This document shows, one piece after another, positions 48,501 to 62,240 of a DNA stretch of 64,000 nucleotides. The DNA is taken from contig NC_092345.1 in assembly GCF_963676685.1 (NCBI RefSeq), positions 4,836,001 to 4,900,000 of the forward strand, read 5' to 3'. The notes beneath the pieces are model-generated. The model was not told where the DNA came from and did not search any database. It worked only from the letters and a program-made list of their open reading frames with translations. Made by a program: the position numbers and the translations under genes. Within the stretch, counting starts at the first letter, position 1. Each line of letters opens with the position of its first letter. Source of the stretch: Mytilus edulis. Taxonomy: Eukaryota.

Positions 48501-51500
48501 CCAAAATTCCTTAAAGTTTTGCCAAATGCAGCTAAGGTTATCTATTCCTGAGGTAGAAAAGCATTAGTATAACGAGTAGCAATGGTCGAAAGAATATGTC
48601 AGATTAACGACAATCTCTCCATTCTTAAATTAAACAAGTCGTCAATCTTTAAGCACTTTTAAAACTTCACATTGTAACTTGATCAAAACAACCTTCCAAT
48701 GGTCATATATAAACATAACGTACACAAATGCATTTGTTGGAAAATTTGAAATACAATTTTTATTATAAAATTATATCTGATATGACATCCTCTTCATGCA
48801 ATCAGATTCCCGACAAAGATGGTCACGTGTCATCTATGATAGCTTGGAACCAAGCTGGAAATGACGTAAGCGGTATGATGGCAAGATGTGAAAAAGTTGT
48901 AAATCTGGTTGAAAAGGTAGGTTGTGATCTGTTCAAATGGTATATGTTGAAAAATGGTATGATCACATTTGTTTTTAATCGTCCGCTACATATCAAACTA
49001 ATAATCTTATCATTTAAAAGAAAACACTAGAAACGAATAAAGATTTGAGGAAAATTCGACCACAACATTTGTATTTTAGAGGTATTTTACATTTAGAGAA
49101 CTATACCTTTAGATATATCATCAAGATAGAATATTTGTTCCAACAGGAATAGATATTATGACAATGTTTATAACAAAGTTTCCATTGGAACTTCTGTTAG
49201 GCGAAACAAATATACGCTGACAGGCCGACATACACAAAACATAAAACAAAGTATGAATCAAAGCGTACCGCAAGTGATTAATATTTTCCTAACTCATGAA
49301 CAGCAATTATGTCGACGCCTTTCTTAGTACAATAGTGGTTAATGATAACAACGTGAACACAACAGTTTCGGAGTTTCAGTTTCAGATTCTCAATGTGGAG
49401 ACAAGTTGTCAGTTGTTTTAGATTTATGAGTTTGACTGTCCCTTTGGTATCTTTCGTCCCTCTTTTGTAAATACAGAGACGAATGACAACATTTATTCTA
49501 TACCTTATACTACAAGAAAGTTTTGTTGAAAATTTTTAATGAACAAATAAGACCGTTGGATTTTCCCGTTTGAATGGTTTTATACTATTTATATTTGAGA
49601 CCCTTTATAGCTTGCTGGTTGGACGATCGTACTTATGATATACTATTTTATAAAATGATAAAACTGGACAATCATCAAACTGGTGACATATTTAAAATAT
49701 GGATATGGCACCTGTACAGTCCACTTTCAGTTATTGGGAATTTGCGGAAAGTTTCCACTAAACCAGATACATTTAGTAGGCACAGAATGTGAAGGAATAA
49801 TATCCTTTGGGAAAGTTATATTTATAGATATAAGAAGATGTTCATGCCAATGAGACAACTCTTCATTCAAGTCACAATTTATAAAAGGAGTATACCATTA
49901 TAGGTCCAAGTACGCCTTTTTCAACTGATTTATATAATTTGTTATTATGTTGTGCTTTTACACCACTGTCTATTATAATGCAACAACGTTTGTAATTTTC
50001 ATTTTGATTGGATAACGTCACTTATTTACAGTACTGGATGTACGCGCAAGCGCAGATTGCATATGTCAGATTTTAAATACCTGTTTTAACTTCTGTCAGT
50101 TTCATTAGAATGGAGATAACAATATTGTATTTTAAGCTCCGACGGCATCAATTGGGGATTTGATGGTCGCAAATACCCGTTTACTGTCTCCGCTTACGAG
50201 TCGCCAGTAAACTTAATTTGCGACCATCAAATCCCCAATTGATGCCGTCGGAGATTAAAATACAATACAGTTATCTCCTAAATATTATGGGAAGGGTTTG
50301 GCGCCATCAAACAATTTAAACCCCGTCACATGTTATTCAGTAGCCTGTAGTTCAGTATTTGTTGTTGGTTCATGTCTTGCATGTCTAATTGTTTTGTTAT
50401 AACAAAGGCTTCTAATTTTCGCAACTGAGTTGTTTGATATGTCGGTTATAGATACGACCACACAGTATGCGTTGTTGAAGGCTACACAGTTGCTTATAAA
50501 TAACTAGACCACTTCAGTTGAACTTTGGTGGACAGTTGTCTCATTGGCCATTGTACCACATCTCCTTATTTTTACATAAGCAGATGTCTGCGTCAATGAA
50601 AACATCATTATGACAGCTTTCATTGTTATAAATTTGTGTTACTAAAGATCATTAAATTTTGAATAAATTATCTGCGTCGATATAACAATAGATTTGTTTT
50701 TCTTTTAGTGTCTCGGTGGAGAAGTGTACTTATACCATTCGAAGTTCACCATGAAGTGGCCAAAGAATGGAGCAGGTTTTCGCTGGCATCAGGACTATGG
50801 GTAAGTGAAATAAGCAAGCAGTGAATCAATTGTTATTGTGAATATGAAATTCATTATGACTGCACTCAGTTTGCCCCGCTGTATGTAGATAAATTTTATT
50901 GAGGGTATCTTTGCAGATACCATTCGTAAATAATAAAACTTGTATAGAGCACAAATATCTTATAGATGTCATAAAAAGGGAATCTGAAATACCTTTAAAT
51001 CGTGGCTTCTATTGACCATTATTTATATATTCATTTACAAATTACACATGAATAACAGAGAGGTGAAATATACCAACGGTATATTCACTCACAATTAAAA
51101 AACAAACTACCAATGCCAAGGCTAAAAACGTAAAAAAAAACCGACCAGAAGACAAACAATAATATTCAAAACATCAAAAAGAAAGCTAAGCTAAACACAA
51201 GCCCCCAAAAAAGTCGGAGTAGACATCATGTGTTCCGGACAGAAAAACAAATCCTGCTTCAAATGCGGCATCCGTTTTGTTACTACTGAAAAAAACCACT
51301 GAACATATTAATTTATATTGGATTGCTTAACACGTTATTGCAACTTATATTAATCCCTTTCCACTTTGCGGGTGCGAGTGCTTCCTTGTAGCGGCATTAG
51401 CCGATTCTTTTTAGAAATCTTACGTGTCTTTTACGTGTAAGAGATATGGCTCTCTCTTAACACGGGTCAGCCATTTATCGTCCACTTTTGACGGACTATT

Positions 51501-54500
51501 GTCGTTTCTAAAGACCATACCCGCAAATGAAGAACATACTCGCAAAAACACTGAAAATTTATAGTGAGTGTTTAAGACATCACCAAATCAACAAACAATC
51601 AGTCAGGCAAATGCACTTAAAAGTACTAGTATTACAATGTTACCAAAATCGAAAGACTGAAAAAAACTGACAAGATCAAATATCATTAATCAAAGGAAAA
51701 AAAGGTAAAACAAGTGCCATATTCCTGGCTTGGTACAGACATTTTCTGAAGAAAATGTTGGGTTACATCTGGGTTTGTAACCAGTAAATTCTGTTAATTG
51801 TATGACAGATGTTTACGGGTCCTTTATGTTAACAATTTTTGGTGAACAACCCGAACAGACATAAAAGATTAATATGACAATTATAAGGATCATAAACTGT
51901 GTAAAACATATGTACTTACCCAAAATCTTAGAACTTAAAATAGAAACACGTTGGCATGACAAAGAATAGACTAAAGTGTTACTATCATAAATCACACAGA
52001 CATTGGAAATAAAAAAACACACAAAAACACACCTAAAAATCAAAAGCAACCAGAACCCTTTAAATCAGAACTAGGGGCGATTCCAAAAGCTCCGGAAGTG
52101 TATTCTGCAAAAATGCTGGTCTATATTTGACATTGTATCCCTCTATACAGTATAATTAAGATACTTACAAATATCAAAGACAGAAACGCAATAGATGATT
52201 GACGAAACTTAAGCAAATAAAACGAGACGATCGTTTTTTTTGGGATGCACAACCTGATTCTAGCTTTAAATAAAACAAATAAGCAATGATCAAGTTTAAA
52301 AATTAATGAATATAGTCTGTATATTTCGTCTGAGGTTTCCACGCATGTAGAATCTGTCGGGAGTCGTCATCAAGTATTCGGATTTATAGATCGAATGTAT
52401 ACATGGAACAACCAAAAAACGTATCATAAGATAAATGTTTTCAATATTTTGATTTGCATTAAGGTAATCGATGCTGTGCTAAAGAGGACATTATTTAACT
52501 GAATACGCTAGAATATTCACAATTTACGATTTTTATTATCCTCTGATTATTTTATGTCAGCTATTGGTATGATTATGGAAATCTTTATCCTGATATGGGT
52601 ACATTCTTTGTTGCAATCGATGAGTGTACAGTCGAAAACGGATGCTTACAGGTAAGGCATTTGAAAACTCACGAGAGGTTTGTTTAATATGATGGTTGTA
52701 TACAAGTAGCAATCAATCTATTACTGAATTTCCACAATCCAGATAAAGAATATTGAAGTAAAACTCATAAAAGATATCATTATGTTTACCTTGGAAAATA
52801 CAATAACTCCAAAAGGAATGAAATGACTAGATCGACATCAAACTTGGATCATATTAAATGCATTCATGAAAATACACCCAATACGAATGGGGCAATACAT
52901 CAGATGCCTCGCTAACAAATATAAATCTGGTACCTATGATAACTATTTACAGAGAATGCCCCAATATCTGTATGAAAAAAAACACTAGTAACAACTTCTT
53001 GTATTTTAAGTGTCCGTAGATAATTTGTTCCAAACGAAGATTTCTATCACTTTTTAAGTACAATGCTTCCCCAAATGATCGTCATGATTTGACACAGTTC
53101 TAGTCTTACCTACTCTGCAGAGCCTAAGTATTTGTTTTTTTAAAGAATTACATGCTCTTTCTTGTAATTTCATTGGGATGGAAACACATCATACAAAAAA
53201 AGTAGTACAATCATCACCTTTATAACCGTTTACAATTACAAAAGTATTCAATTCTTATTAAAAGTTTTTATACAATCGTAAACTAACGAGTTATATTATA
53301 ATTTTTGAATGGCTATCCAATTTTGTCAGCCAATCGAAAGTACGGATTCTTATGAAACATGCATATAAGGCTATAATTGTTATTTTTTTTCACATGTTTT
53401 CAAAATAGTTTTTGTGTCTATGATTAGTCTAGCGTTCTTGTCATCGTTTGGCATACGTAATACATGATCATATTCAATTAGGGGAAATTTTTCTGCAAAG
53501 TACATCGACATGAAAATGGTACCCTATTGGAAAAGAAGGGTTAATGGTTAATAAATTTTGTCTTGAACAATTAAGGCAATAGAAGTAAAACGATGTTCAA
53601 AAGTCATTATTCGACAAGGCAAAGACAAATCAGGGTAACACACTAAAACTGACTTTAGATAACAACTGTCTGTTTCCTGACTTGGTACATGACATTCTAA
53701 GAAATAATGGTGGACATTTCAGAAAGTTGTTGCAATAGTTCCATAAACGTACAAAGAGCTGCAGGTTACTCTCTCTTTATCAGGTATATTTTGTAATGTC
53801 TAGTCATTGTGATAACTTATAAATTTTACATAATCAAACAGACCTCCGACCCTTGTAAATATAACTGCCAGACAGAAATAATCAATTTGACTATATTTCT
53901 GCATGACAAAGCACAGAAGGAAGAAAACGATTTTATATATACACTTGTCATACTATATATTTACAGCTTCTCCGTGGATCTCACAAATGTGGACGACTGG
54001 ATCACACTAAAGATGACGGACAATTCTCTCCCTCGAATGAAAGATTGGAATTCTTAAAAAAGATACTTCCTCTAGATGTTGTAGAAATGAAACCGGGTAA
54101 ATCATTATGTGATTATAAGAATTTGTACAAGAAGCAGAATAAAAGCAACTTATCTATTTCTATAAAACACAATCGATGACTTTTTTGCAACAAACGGAAT
54201 ATGTGGATGATGTTTTAAAAACGATGTGAAAAACATTGGGGCACAAGGACGTAAGATACCGAAGGGACTTTAAAAATGTTTGTGTTTGATTGTTACTGAT
54301 GAAGGTATATTCAGATCAGCGCTTAGGGAGTGGTAAAGTCGTTACTTAGTAATTGATCGATACTACTATTGCTGGATTGTTAGTACCCAGGGGGATTGTT
54401 AGTACCCGGGGGGATTGTTAGTACCCAGGGGGATTGTTAGTACCCAGGGGGATTGTTAGTACCCAGGGGGGTTGTAAGTATCTAGGGGGAATTGTTAGTA

Positions 54501-56284
54501 CCCAGGGTATCATCAACTCAGGAGTGAGTTCTTTGGTACCGATACGCTTATTGTACTTTAACTCACCGGTTGACACATTGTGAATTTCGTATAATAAAAC
54601 TAAGGTTCCAACTCCCTCAGGCAAGGTTGACATTTGAAATAACTTGGTAATAACTTGGTTAGAGTCCCTTATATCATACAACTTCTACGTTTCAAATTAT
54701 TGGGTTTCAGTGTTACTGATTTAGGTTTATTTAGACAATGCTTCTGGCTAAAGAGATTTATAAAGGTTTTTTTCATGTATAAATGTATCCCAAAGAAATG
54801 TAAAAATAAAAAGGAACACTCGACTACACAACAGCTGATTACTTTAGGTCCACTTTGTTCATATAGCTCCCCACTCATTCAAGTTTTTGTCAGTTGTTTT
54901 TGGTTTTGAGTGTTACTGATGAAAGTAAATGCACGAAAGACCCACGGACGCGCACAATTTGATAAATGTTGTTATCATCTGTTTAACCATGACTTGATAG
55001 TGCATTATGGTTTTATAGTCTTGTCATTTAAAAACAAATCTCTGTCTGTAGGTGATGCCGTTTTCTTTCATTGCAATGTCTTGCATATGAGTGAAATTAA
55101 CACAAGTGACAAACGCCGCATTGGGTTTCCAATATGTTACAACAGGGCAAGTAACAGTCCAACGAAGAAACACCACCACCCGCCTTACTCTCAGATTAGC
55201 AAGGTAATAATGTAAAGATCTATTAATACTAAAACTGTCGATCCTAAAAAAAATATATACCCGTTGTCTTTTAGAATGCATAGACATACTGTATGCTCGT
55301 TACAGACTAGTAAGCTCTTAATTGTAGTTTTTAAATGTGGCCAATTCTACGTTACGATGACCAATAGTCTACATCTGAGCAATATATTGTAAGATCACGT
55401 TTGGTTAAAATGCCTTATTCTTATATACAGTTAAACCTGTTTTAAGAGACCACTCATGGGAGAGCAAAACAGTCTTCTCATAAGACAGGTGGTCTTTTAA
55501 TACAGTTTCTATCCATAAGAAATGCACTACAGAGGGATCTTATATTAGTGGTACTATAACACAGGTTTTACTTAATACAGGTGGTCTCTTAAGCAGGTTT
55601 GACTTATTTTGTTGTTCTTTCTGTAAGCCTATGATAAATATAAAAGATAAAAAAGATCCTGCTGAAGACTTTGACATTTCCATGTCAGTAAACTAATTTT
55701 ATCACAGCTGTCCATTTAAGTGACTCTCATTACACAATCAAAGTTCTAATAAGCCTCAACTGATGTCATCCCTAGTAGTGGAAACTAAGAAAATAGTCGT
55801 GTTCAATTAGCGTGTCACAAATTTTTAACGACTCAAAAACTTCACGTCATTTTAACCATAATCACTTGATAAATTTTAACATGTTTTAACGGCTGTACTA
55901 TGCCACGCAGGACATGCAACTTGTTGGAGCACTGAAACATGAGTAGAAGCGAGGAAAGCTCATTTTACTATTTTTGTGTTGCGTTGATGTGTTTTTTTTC
56001 TCGTTTTGAACATTTAAGTATTCACCAACCTCTTTCATGTATAGTATGGTATCGTCCACTTTGGACAAATTGATACATTTATTCACCTTTAAACACACTT
56101 GGTCAGTAAAAATCTAACATGTAATTAATTGTACAACATTTTCGTATATTATTAGGTAGCAAATGAAGATTTATTTAACTGTACAAACATAACCGATATG
56201 ACTGGCAAGGATTTTATAGACCTATCTAATGCTGCAAAACTTAAGAGTCAGTTAACATCGTTTGGACAAAATGGTACAAATTAA
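45575..56284 (+). CDS. PhyH-family Fe(II)/2-oxoglutarate dioxygenase (ectoine hydroxylase / proline hydroxylase-like), ~295 aa. Exons: 45575-45596 (tentative), 46984-47062, 47629-47710, 48806-48916, 50709-50800, 52561-52651, 53967-54096, 55052-55203, 56156-56284
   Basis: All introns are GT-AG with matching phases. Motifs [29 protein letters not shown] (HxD), [35 protein letters not shown] at ~56306. Confidence 0.93.
48435..48478 (-). ncRNA. Minimal type I hammerhead ribozyme, intronic, antisense to the dioxygenase gene
   Basis: Minus strand GCGTCA-CTGATGA-GTCT-tttgt-AGAC-GAAA-cgcgtGTC-TGGCGT. Confidence 0.75.
50112..50278. repeat. Near-perfect hairpin (MITE-like) in a dioxygenase intron
   Basis: CTCCGACGGCATCAATTGGGGATTTGATGGTCGCAAAT has its exact reverse complement at ~50216-50253; the outer arms also pair. 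Confidence 0.88.
54375..54510. repeat. Minisatellite, ~20-bp unit GGATTGTTAGTACCCAGGGG x ~6.5
   Basis: Visible tandem array in the intron. Confidence 0.9.
55428..55586. mobile_element. Short Tc1/mariner-like MITE
   Basis: TA|CAGTTAAACCTGTTTTAAGAGACCAC pairs with GTGGTCTCTTAAGCAGGTTTGACT. Confidence 0.7.
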
Positions 56285-59169
56285 GAAGACACAAATATAC
56301 ATTAAAATAAAGATAAATACATTTTAACTTTTGGTAAACTTGCAGAATGGTACACAAGAGTGACTCCCCGTTGTACATAGTTTATCGAACATTTATTGAA
56401 TTGTAATCTCTAAATCAGTCAGAAATATTTACATTTGTATATGTTATTATTAGTATTATCACAACACGAATTGAAGACAGGTATTTATAGAAGGTCATGG
56501 AAATTGCAAGACGATCAACACAAAACGGTGTTTTCCATATCAAAGAGAAATATCAAAGGCAGGAGTTTGACACTTGTTTTCCATTCGTTTGATGTTTTTG
56601 AGCTTTTGATTTTGGCATTTGAAAAGACATTTTCCGTTTTGAATTTTGTATTTTAATTTATTGAACATTTTATCATACCGCAATTTTAGGTTTGTGTGGA
56701 GCAATATGCCGATATAGCGGTTTACAGTAGATGTAAATATGATAGATTTTTGTTTGTCCTCGACCAGTTTTTGGTGGTTATTTTGAGTCATTAGTTAATA
56801 AAGGTCCTATCAAATAGGTTGGTAGTTTTAATCATGTATTATGTCCTCGTACAGTCGTATTGTGTTGTCACATTCGAAACAATAGGCTATTATAATAAAT
56901 TCGCTATTGCTGCTTAATTTCCACAGTTACCGCTCTTTGTAGGACTTTATTAATGTATCTTATTTATTCTTACTTTTGTGTTTTAGTGATTATTGTTTTG
57001 TCAAGATCTTTCTTTCCTTTTTCCTTTTTTTACATCAGTCCAAAAGGATCATTCTTAGTCAAATCGGAAACACGAGATTTAAAATACGAGATTTGAAATG
57101 TGGATTTGGAATTCATTATCTTTATCTTTAGAACTGTCATTCAAATTCATTGGATTTGAAATTCAAGGTCCAATGAAACCAATAAAAGAAAACTTCCGGG
57201 TTACGATGCTATCAATGCCATTAATATGTGTTTATGAAATCGGTTTCGATTTGATTTATTAATTATCTGTAACTAAGAAGAACGGAGATCAAAAACCGTA
57301 CCGTGCATCGCCAACTTGGTATTTTTATTGATTGAAAAGAAGAAGATTTAACGAAATAAAGTGACTGGTGAAAAATAATGTTTATTCAATTCTTGAACCA
57401 ATGCATGTATTTATCGTAAACTAAGTCTTCTGTGCACGATTTTATCATTTGTTACACAAACATATCGTTCAATCGTCAATTGTTTTTCTCTCTGTCCGTT
57501 ATGATGTGAAAATATGGAGGCAAATTATTTATCGTGTTTTGAAGTCGAAGTTTACCGATTGTCACCTTATAGTAAACAATCAACAAATAAGTATGGATAT
57601 TGAGAACGTGTATAGCATGTACAATCAAATAATAGTTTATTTAAATGACAGATTCATGGGTATTGCGATCACCGGAGTTTAACGAGACGGGCCACTTTTA
57701 GGTCACACATACGGAAAATTTAAAGCAAGCAATTTAAAAAAGTCAACTTTATCTAAATGTGGACAAATCAAAGAATTTTCTACCGAAAAAAGTATATGTA
57801 CATGGGTTTTATTATGAAAGCTATCCATTTAGTTATAAAAAACATATACATCATTTGTTTTAAATTGAGGTTTCATATGACTTTAAATCATTCTTAATGA
57901 TCTTGACGATTTGTTTTTACCAACGCAAAAAATTATGAAACTTAGTATTTCATATTTGTTACCAGTTAATGGTTGAGACAGTTCTTAAATATAAAAGAAA
58001 ACCTATTTCGATGGTTGTTATGGTTTTGTAACTCATTTTATATCATCAATTTAATTAGATTCTTTTGATCTTGAAAAGGTTCTCATAAAAAAATAAATGA
58101 TACTAAATACTGTAAAGCCTTTTGAAATTTTAAAGTTTTCGATATTTATTGTTTCAGTGATAAACGAAAAGTCATGTAATCCCACGTAACAAATGTACAT
58201 GGTTTGTCAATGATATCATAGGTCCTTCGTGGCTCCAATGGACATGACATTGAACAGCAAATTTAGCATGTTTATCTATTGTAAAAAAAAATTCATAATA
58301 TCTAATAAAATTTGTAGATTTAGCTAACAAAGTCTTTATATTTGTATAAAGTAACATTCGTTTGGAATATTGTTTTAACGTTAGATAAGCTAAATTATAA
58401 AAAGCTTGTTAGTCACTCTCTGTGGTTAATACCAGATAACTCTGGTTAATTTTCCAATCAATCTATCATGAAGGGGAGATAAATATTTCCACTTTCATTT
58501 ATAGTCTTTTTCAAGAATGATGAACGGATCTTTTTTTGGTATTTAATAAACTACATTCGTACAGCAATGTCTTTGATAGACCAATAACAACACTTGAAAT
58601 CTATTGAATTGATACATTTCGTAATTATTCCAAAATTAAATCAGAAACCGATACTTAATTATAAAATAATGAACCTGTTAAAGGGAGACAATCCCACATT
58701 GACTTATTCGAATCTAAGCATAATACAAAGGAATGTCACTATTGCATACAAATGGCACATACATATGTTTAATTAACTGTGCATTCGTGCTCCACCTTCA
58801 ATAAAGATTCTTAATTATTATTATTACCAAAAGTTGTTAATCTATAGATAGTGAAGACTAATTTAAGCTAACCCAATGTAAAATATATTTCTTTGAAACT
58901 TTTTAAAACTTACTCAGAAAAATGCTCCAGCCACTTGACTTTCATAGCTCATAATTTTCGTTTTGACACAGTATTTTACTAAAGTAGTTAAAAAGATTAT
59001 TTGCTTCTCAAAGTGTAAGACGCAATAAAAATCGTATGCTTGCATCAACTTACCCAAACACAGATTTATTTAAGTCATGAACACTTCGACATAGTTTGTT
59101 TACCTTTATTAATACCAGCGGTATACTGCTGTTGCCTTTATTTATAAACAAATCACAAATACATGTTAA

Positions 59170-59760
59170 GATCCGACTAAATACCTATATCCTGATACCG
59201 TCAGGTAAATACGCTGAAATCTGAGTACTAACCTTATTGATAATGAATACCTAAGCTTCGCAAAATTCCGTTCAAACAACGGTACATTGCCGGCTCATGT
59301 ACATGTTCTAGGAAGGAATTATTTATAAGATTGCCAAAATGTGTTTCCAAAATTAAAGTGGGTATTATGAAATACTCTGAAACTGTTAACTTAATAGCGA
59401 ACAAAAATGTAAAATATACTACAACGAGAAAGAAGTGATCAGTATGCTTGAGTTTCTAATTGACAACATAGTTGTTGAATTGGGGGGTATAGTTTTCAAA
59501 CAAATTATCGGCATTTGTATGGGAAAGAACAGGGGGCCTCTCCTTTTTGAACTTCAAATGAGTAGGCATTCCTTCACACACTTGTCACAGCAACAAGATC
59601 AAATAAACAGGATCAATTTGACATTAAAATATATTGATAAGTTTTCTTATTAGGTTTCATTTATATAACCTCCACACTTCGGAATTCCTCCGCCTAATTT
59701 TGTCATACATGTACTCCGAGTTTGACTAAGAAGTAATCTCAGGACCAGAATCCAAAACAG
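59170..59760 (+). mobile_element. Decayed Penelope-like reverse transcriptase remnant
   Basis: MLEFLIDNIVVELGGIVFKQIIGICMGKN.GPLL and LKYID resemble the Penelope RT motifs Q..G.PMG and RYIDD. Related thumb-region fragments at ~45830-46010 and ~63190-63480. Confidence 0.7.
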
Positions 59761-61052
59761 ATAAGCAACAGTTCGAATGTCATAAATCGATTAAGAGCAA
59801 ACAAATCCGGGTTACAGACTAAGACCGAGAGAAACACAAATATAAGAGGAAAACAACAAAAAAGCAGAAACACTGATATAAAAAAAAACACAACAATAAA
59901 CGACAATGCAAAACACACAGAAACGTACTATAAGATGACAACTGCCATTTTACTCACTTGGTACAGGACATTTTAAGAAAAATGGTGGGTTGAATCTGGT
60001 TTTATTGCTAGCCAAACCTCGGGCTTTTATGGCAATGTTAAATATAATACTAAAATGAAAACATTTCATGACAGGAATACAGTACAAAAAAATGCAAGAA
60101 CTTTCAGGATAGAAAAATACACAAATAAACAAATAAACAATACAATAGAGTTTTTCGACATGCTTACCAAAAAATAAAAACGGACACGTAAAACAACAAA
60201 GGACAGCGCAGAACCACGACTGAATCAAACTTTATTAAACATCCCCAGTGTCTGAGCAGAAAGATGATGAACCAGTGGTATGTCAAAGAACGGCTCGTCT
60301 TTTATCTAAAAAATGTCCTCGGAAGATGCCAAGAATATTCTGTATCTACTTCACAAATAATACATAATGGTCTTGAAGTATCATTTCCAGATACTGGCGT
60401 TGTTTATCATCTTAATTACGCTTTATATCGTTCGTTTTATATATTTTGTATATGTTTAACCGTAACTGTTTAGTCCATGCTTTGTCATGTTCTTTTCACT
60501 TGGCTCGGTATTCAAGTATCCCGTAATTTGTTGTTCTTTGGACATTTTTAGTATTCTTTTAGTGTTTTGTTATGTCTCTAATAATGTCGATATGCCATTT
60601 ATTGTTTCTGTTGATATAGTTGTTTGTTTAATAGTGATTAAGGTTACAACACAATGTTGATTGCTGTAACCCATTTGTTTGTTTAAAATTTACCTAGAAT
60701 GTATGTTGTTTTGCTGAAATATTGACGTCAATACAACGGAATTCTCTGCAACTGTAAGAAAAGAGAGAGGTTCAGCTAGCTATAGAAACAGGTTAAAATC
60801 ACTATTATCTACAAAAGGAAATGGCTGTACCGATGCAGGATTATGATAGTTGTTTTTCATTCGTTTGATGTAGTTGAGCTTTTAATTTAGCCATTTGATA
60901 AGGGATTTTACGTTAATATTTTCCTTCGAGTACGTTTTTTTTAAAAACTTTTTAATGCATTGTCTCACCTTGTCCGTATTCAAGATTTAGTTTTGAATTT
61001 AATTTGATATCTATTGTATTTCAGTAATGCATTTCATAAGCATCCTAATAGT

Positions 61053-61521
61053 TATCAAAAGTACCAGGATTATAATTTAGTACGCCAGACGCGCGTTTCG
61101 TCTACATAAGACTCATCAGTGACGCTCATATCAAAATAGTTATAAAGCCAAACAATACAAAGTTGAAGAGCATAGAGGATCCAAAATTCCAAAAAGTTGT
61201 GCCAAATACGGCCAAGGTAATCTATTCCTGGGACAAGAAAATCCTTAGTTTTTCGAAAAATTCAAAGTTTTGTATCAGGAAATTTATAAAAATGATCACA
61301 TTATTGATATTCATGTCAACACCGAAGTGCTGACTACTGGGCTGGTGATACCATCGGGGACGAAACGTCCACCAGCAGTGGCATCGACCAGTGGTGTAAA
61401 TAGGTATCAAAAGTGCCAGGATTATAATTTAGTACGCCAGACGCGCGTTTCGTCTACATAAGACTCATCAGTGACGCTCATATCAAAATAGTTATAAAGC
61501 CAAAACAATACAAAGTTGAAG
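61053..61521 (-). mobile_element. Retrozyme-like repeat: 352-bp unit bounded by two intact hammerhead ribozymes (61082-61125 and 61434-61477)
   Basis: Both copies read GCGTCA-CTGATGA-GTCT-tatgt-AGAC-GAAA-CGCGCGTC-TGGCGT on the minus strand; spacing is 352 bp. Confidence 0.88.
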
Positions 61522-61582
61522 ATAAGATGATGATATAATCAGGGTTGAATTTAGTTAAATTCTTGTACTCGTCAGTCTCTTG

Positions 61583-62240
61583 TACAGTCAGGATTCTACT
61601 TCGTCAAAATTATCTTCCCATTACGCCAGTTCATTTTCCCAATCGTAGAAATGGAAGCCATTGTAGGGATGACGCGCTGCCAATTTTGTTCTTGGAAACC
61701 GATAAATTTATCCACATAGCACTATTACGATCCTTATTTGTCAGTTGTATTTTAAAAAGACAAATGTATCTACTAGCTAATGAGCATCAGTTAATGATCT
61801 TGTCTGCATTGATGATTCAACTTAAAAACTATTGTCTGATCGGTTGTCAGGTGGAATTTTCGAAAATTCTTAAATATTTAAAAAAAATCTAATTGAATAT
61901 ATCGTGAAAGGGCAGACTAAAAATTTTCAGTTGTTGAAGATTATAAACCCAATTTTTTTTTTCTTTTTTCAAAGATATGCATTTTCATCATCCAACTTAA
62001 CAGTCAGGATTTTACTTCGTCAAAATTATCTCCCCATTACGCCAGTTCATTTTCACAATCGTAAAAATGGAAGCCATTGTAGGGATAACGCGCTGCCAAT
62101 TTTGCTCTTTTTCAATTTTTGAAAACCGATAAATGTATCCACATAACACCATTACGATCCTTTAATGTGGAATTTTCGAAAATTCACAAACATTTAAAAA
62201 AAATACTAATTAATTATTACGTGGAAGGGCAGACTAGATT
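61583..62240. repeat. Local direct duplication (~61583-62000 vs ~62000-62320)
   Basis: ACAGTCAGGATT.TACTTCGTCAAAATTATCT... occurs twice; the ORF track shows the paired peptide TVRILLRQNYLPITPVHF. Confidence 0.85.

Noticed and set aside
45575-56284. Bacterial contamination or recent horizontal transfer of ectD
   Set aside because: Eight phase-consistent spliceosomal introns filled with host repeats, and host-like AT content.
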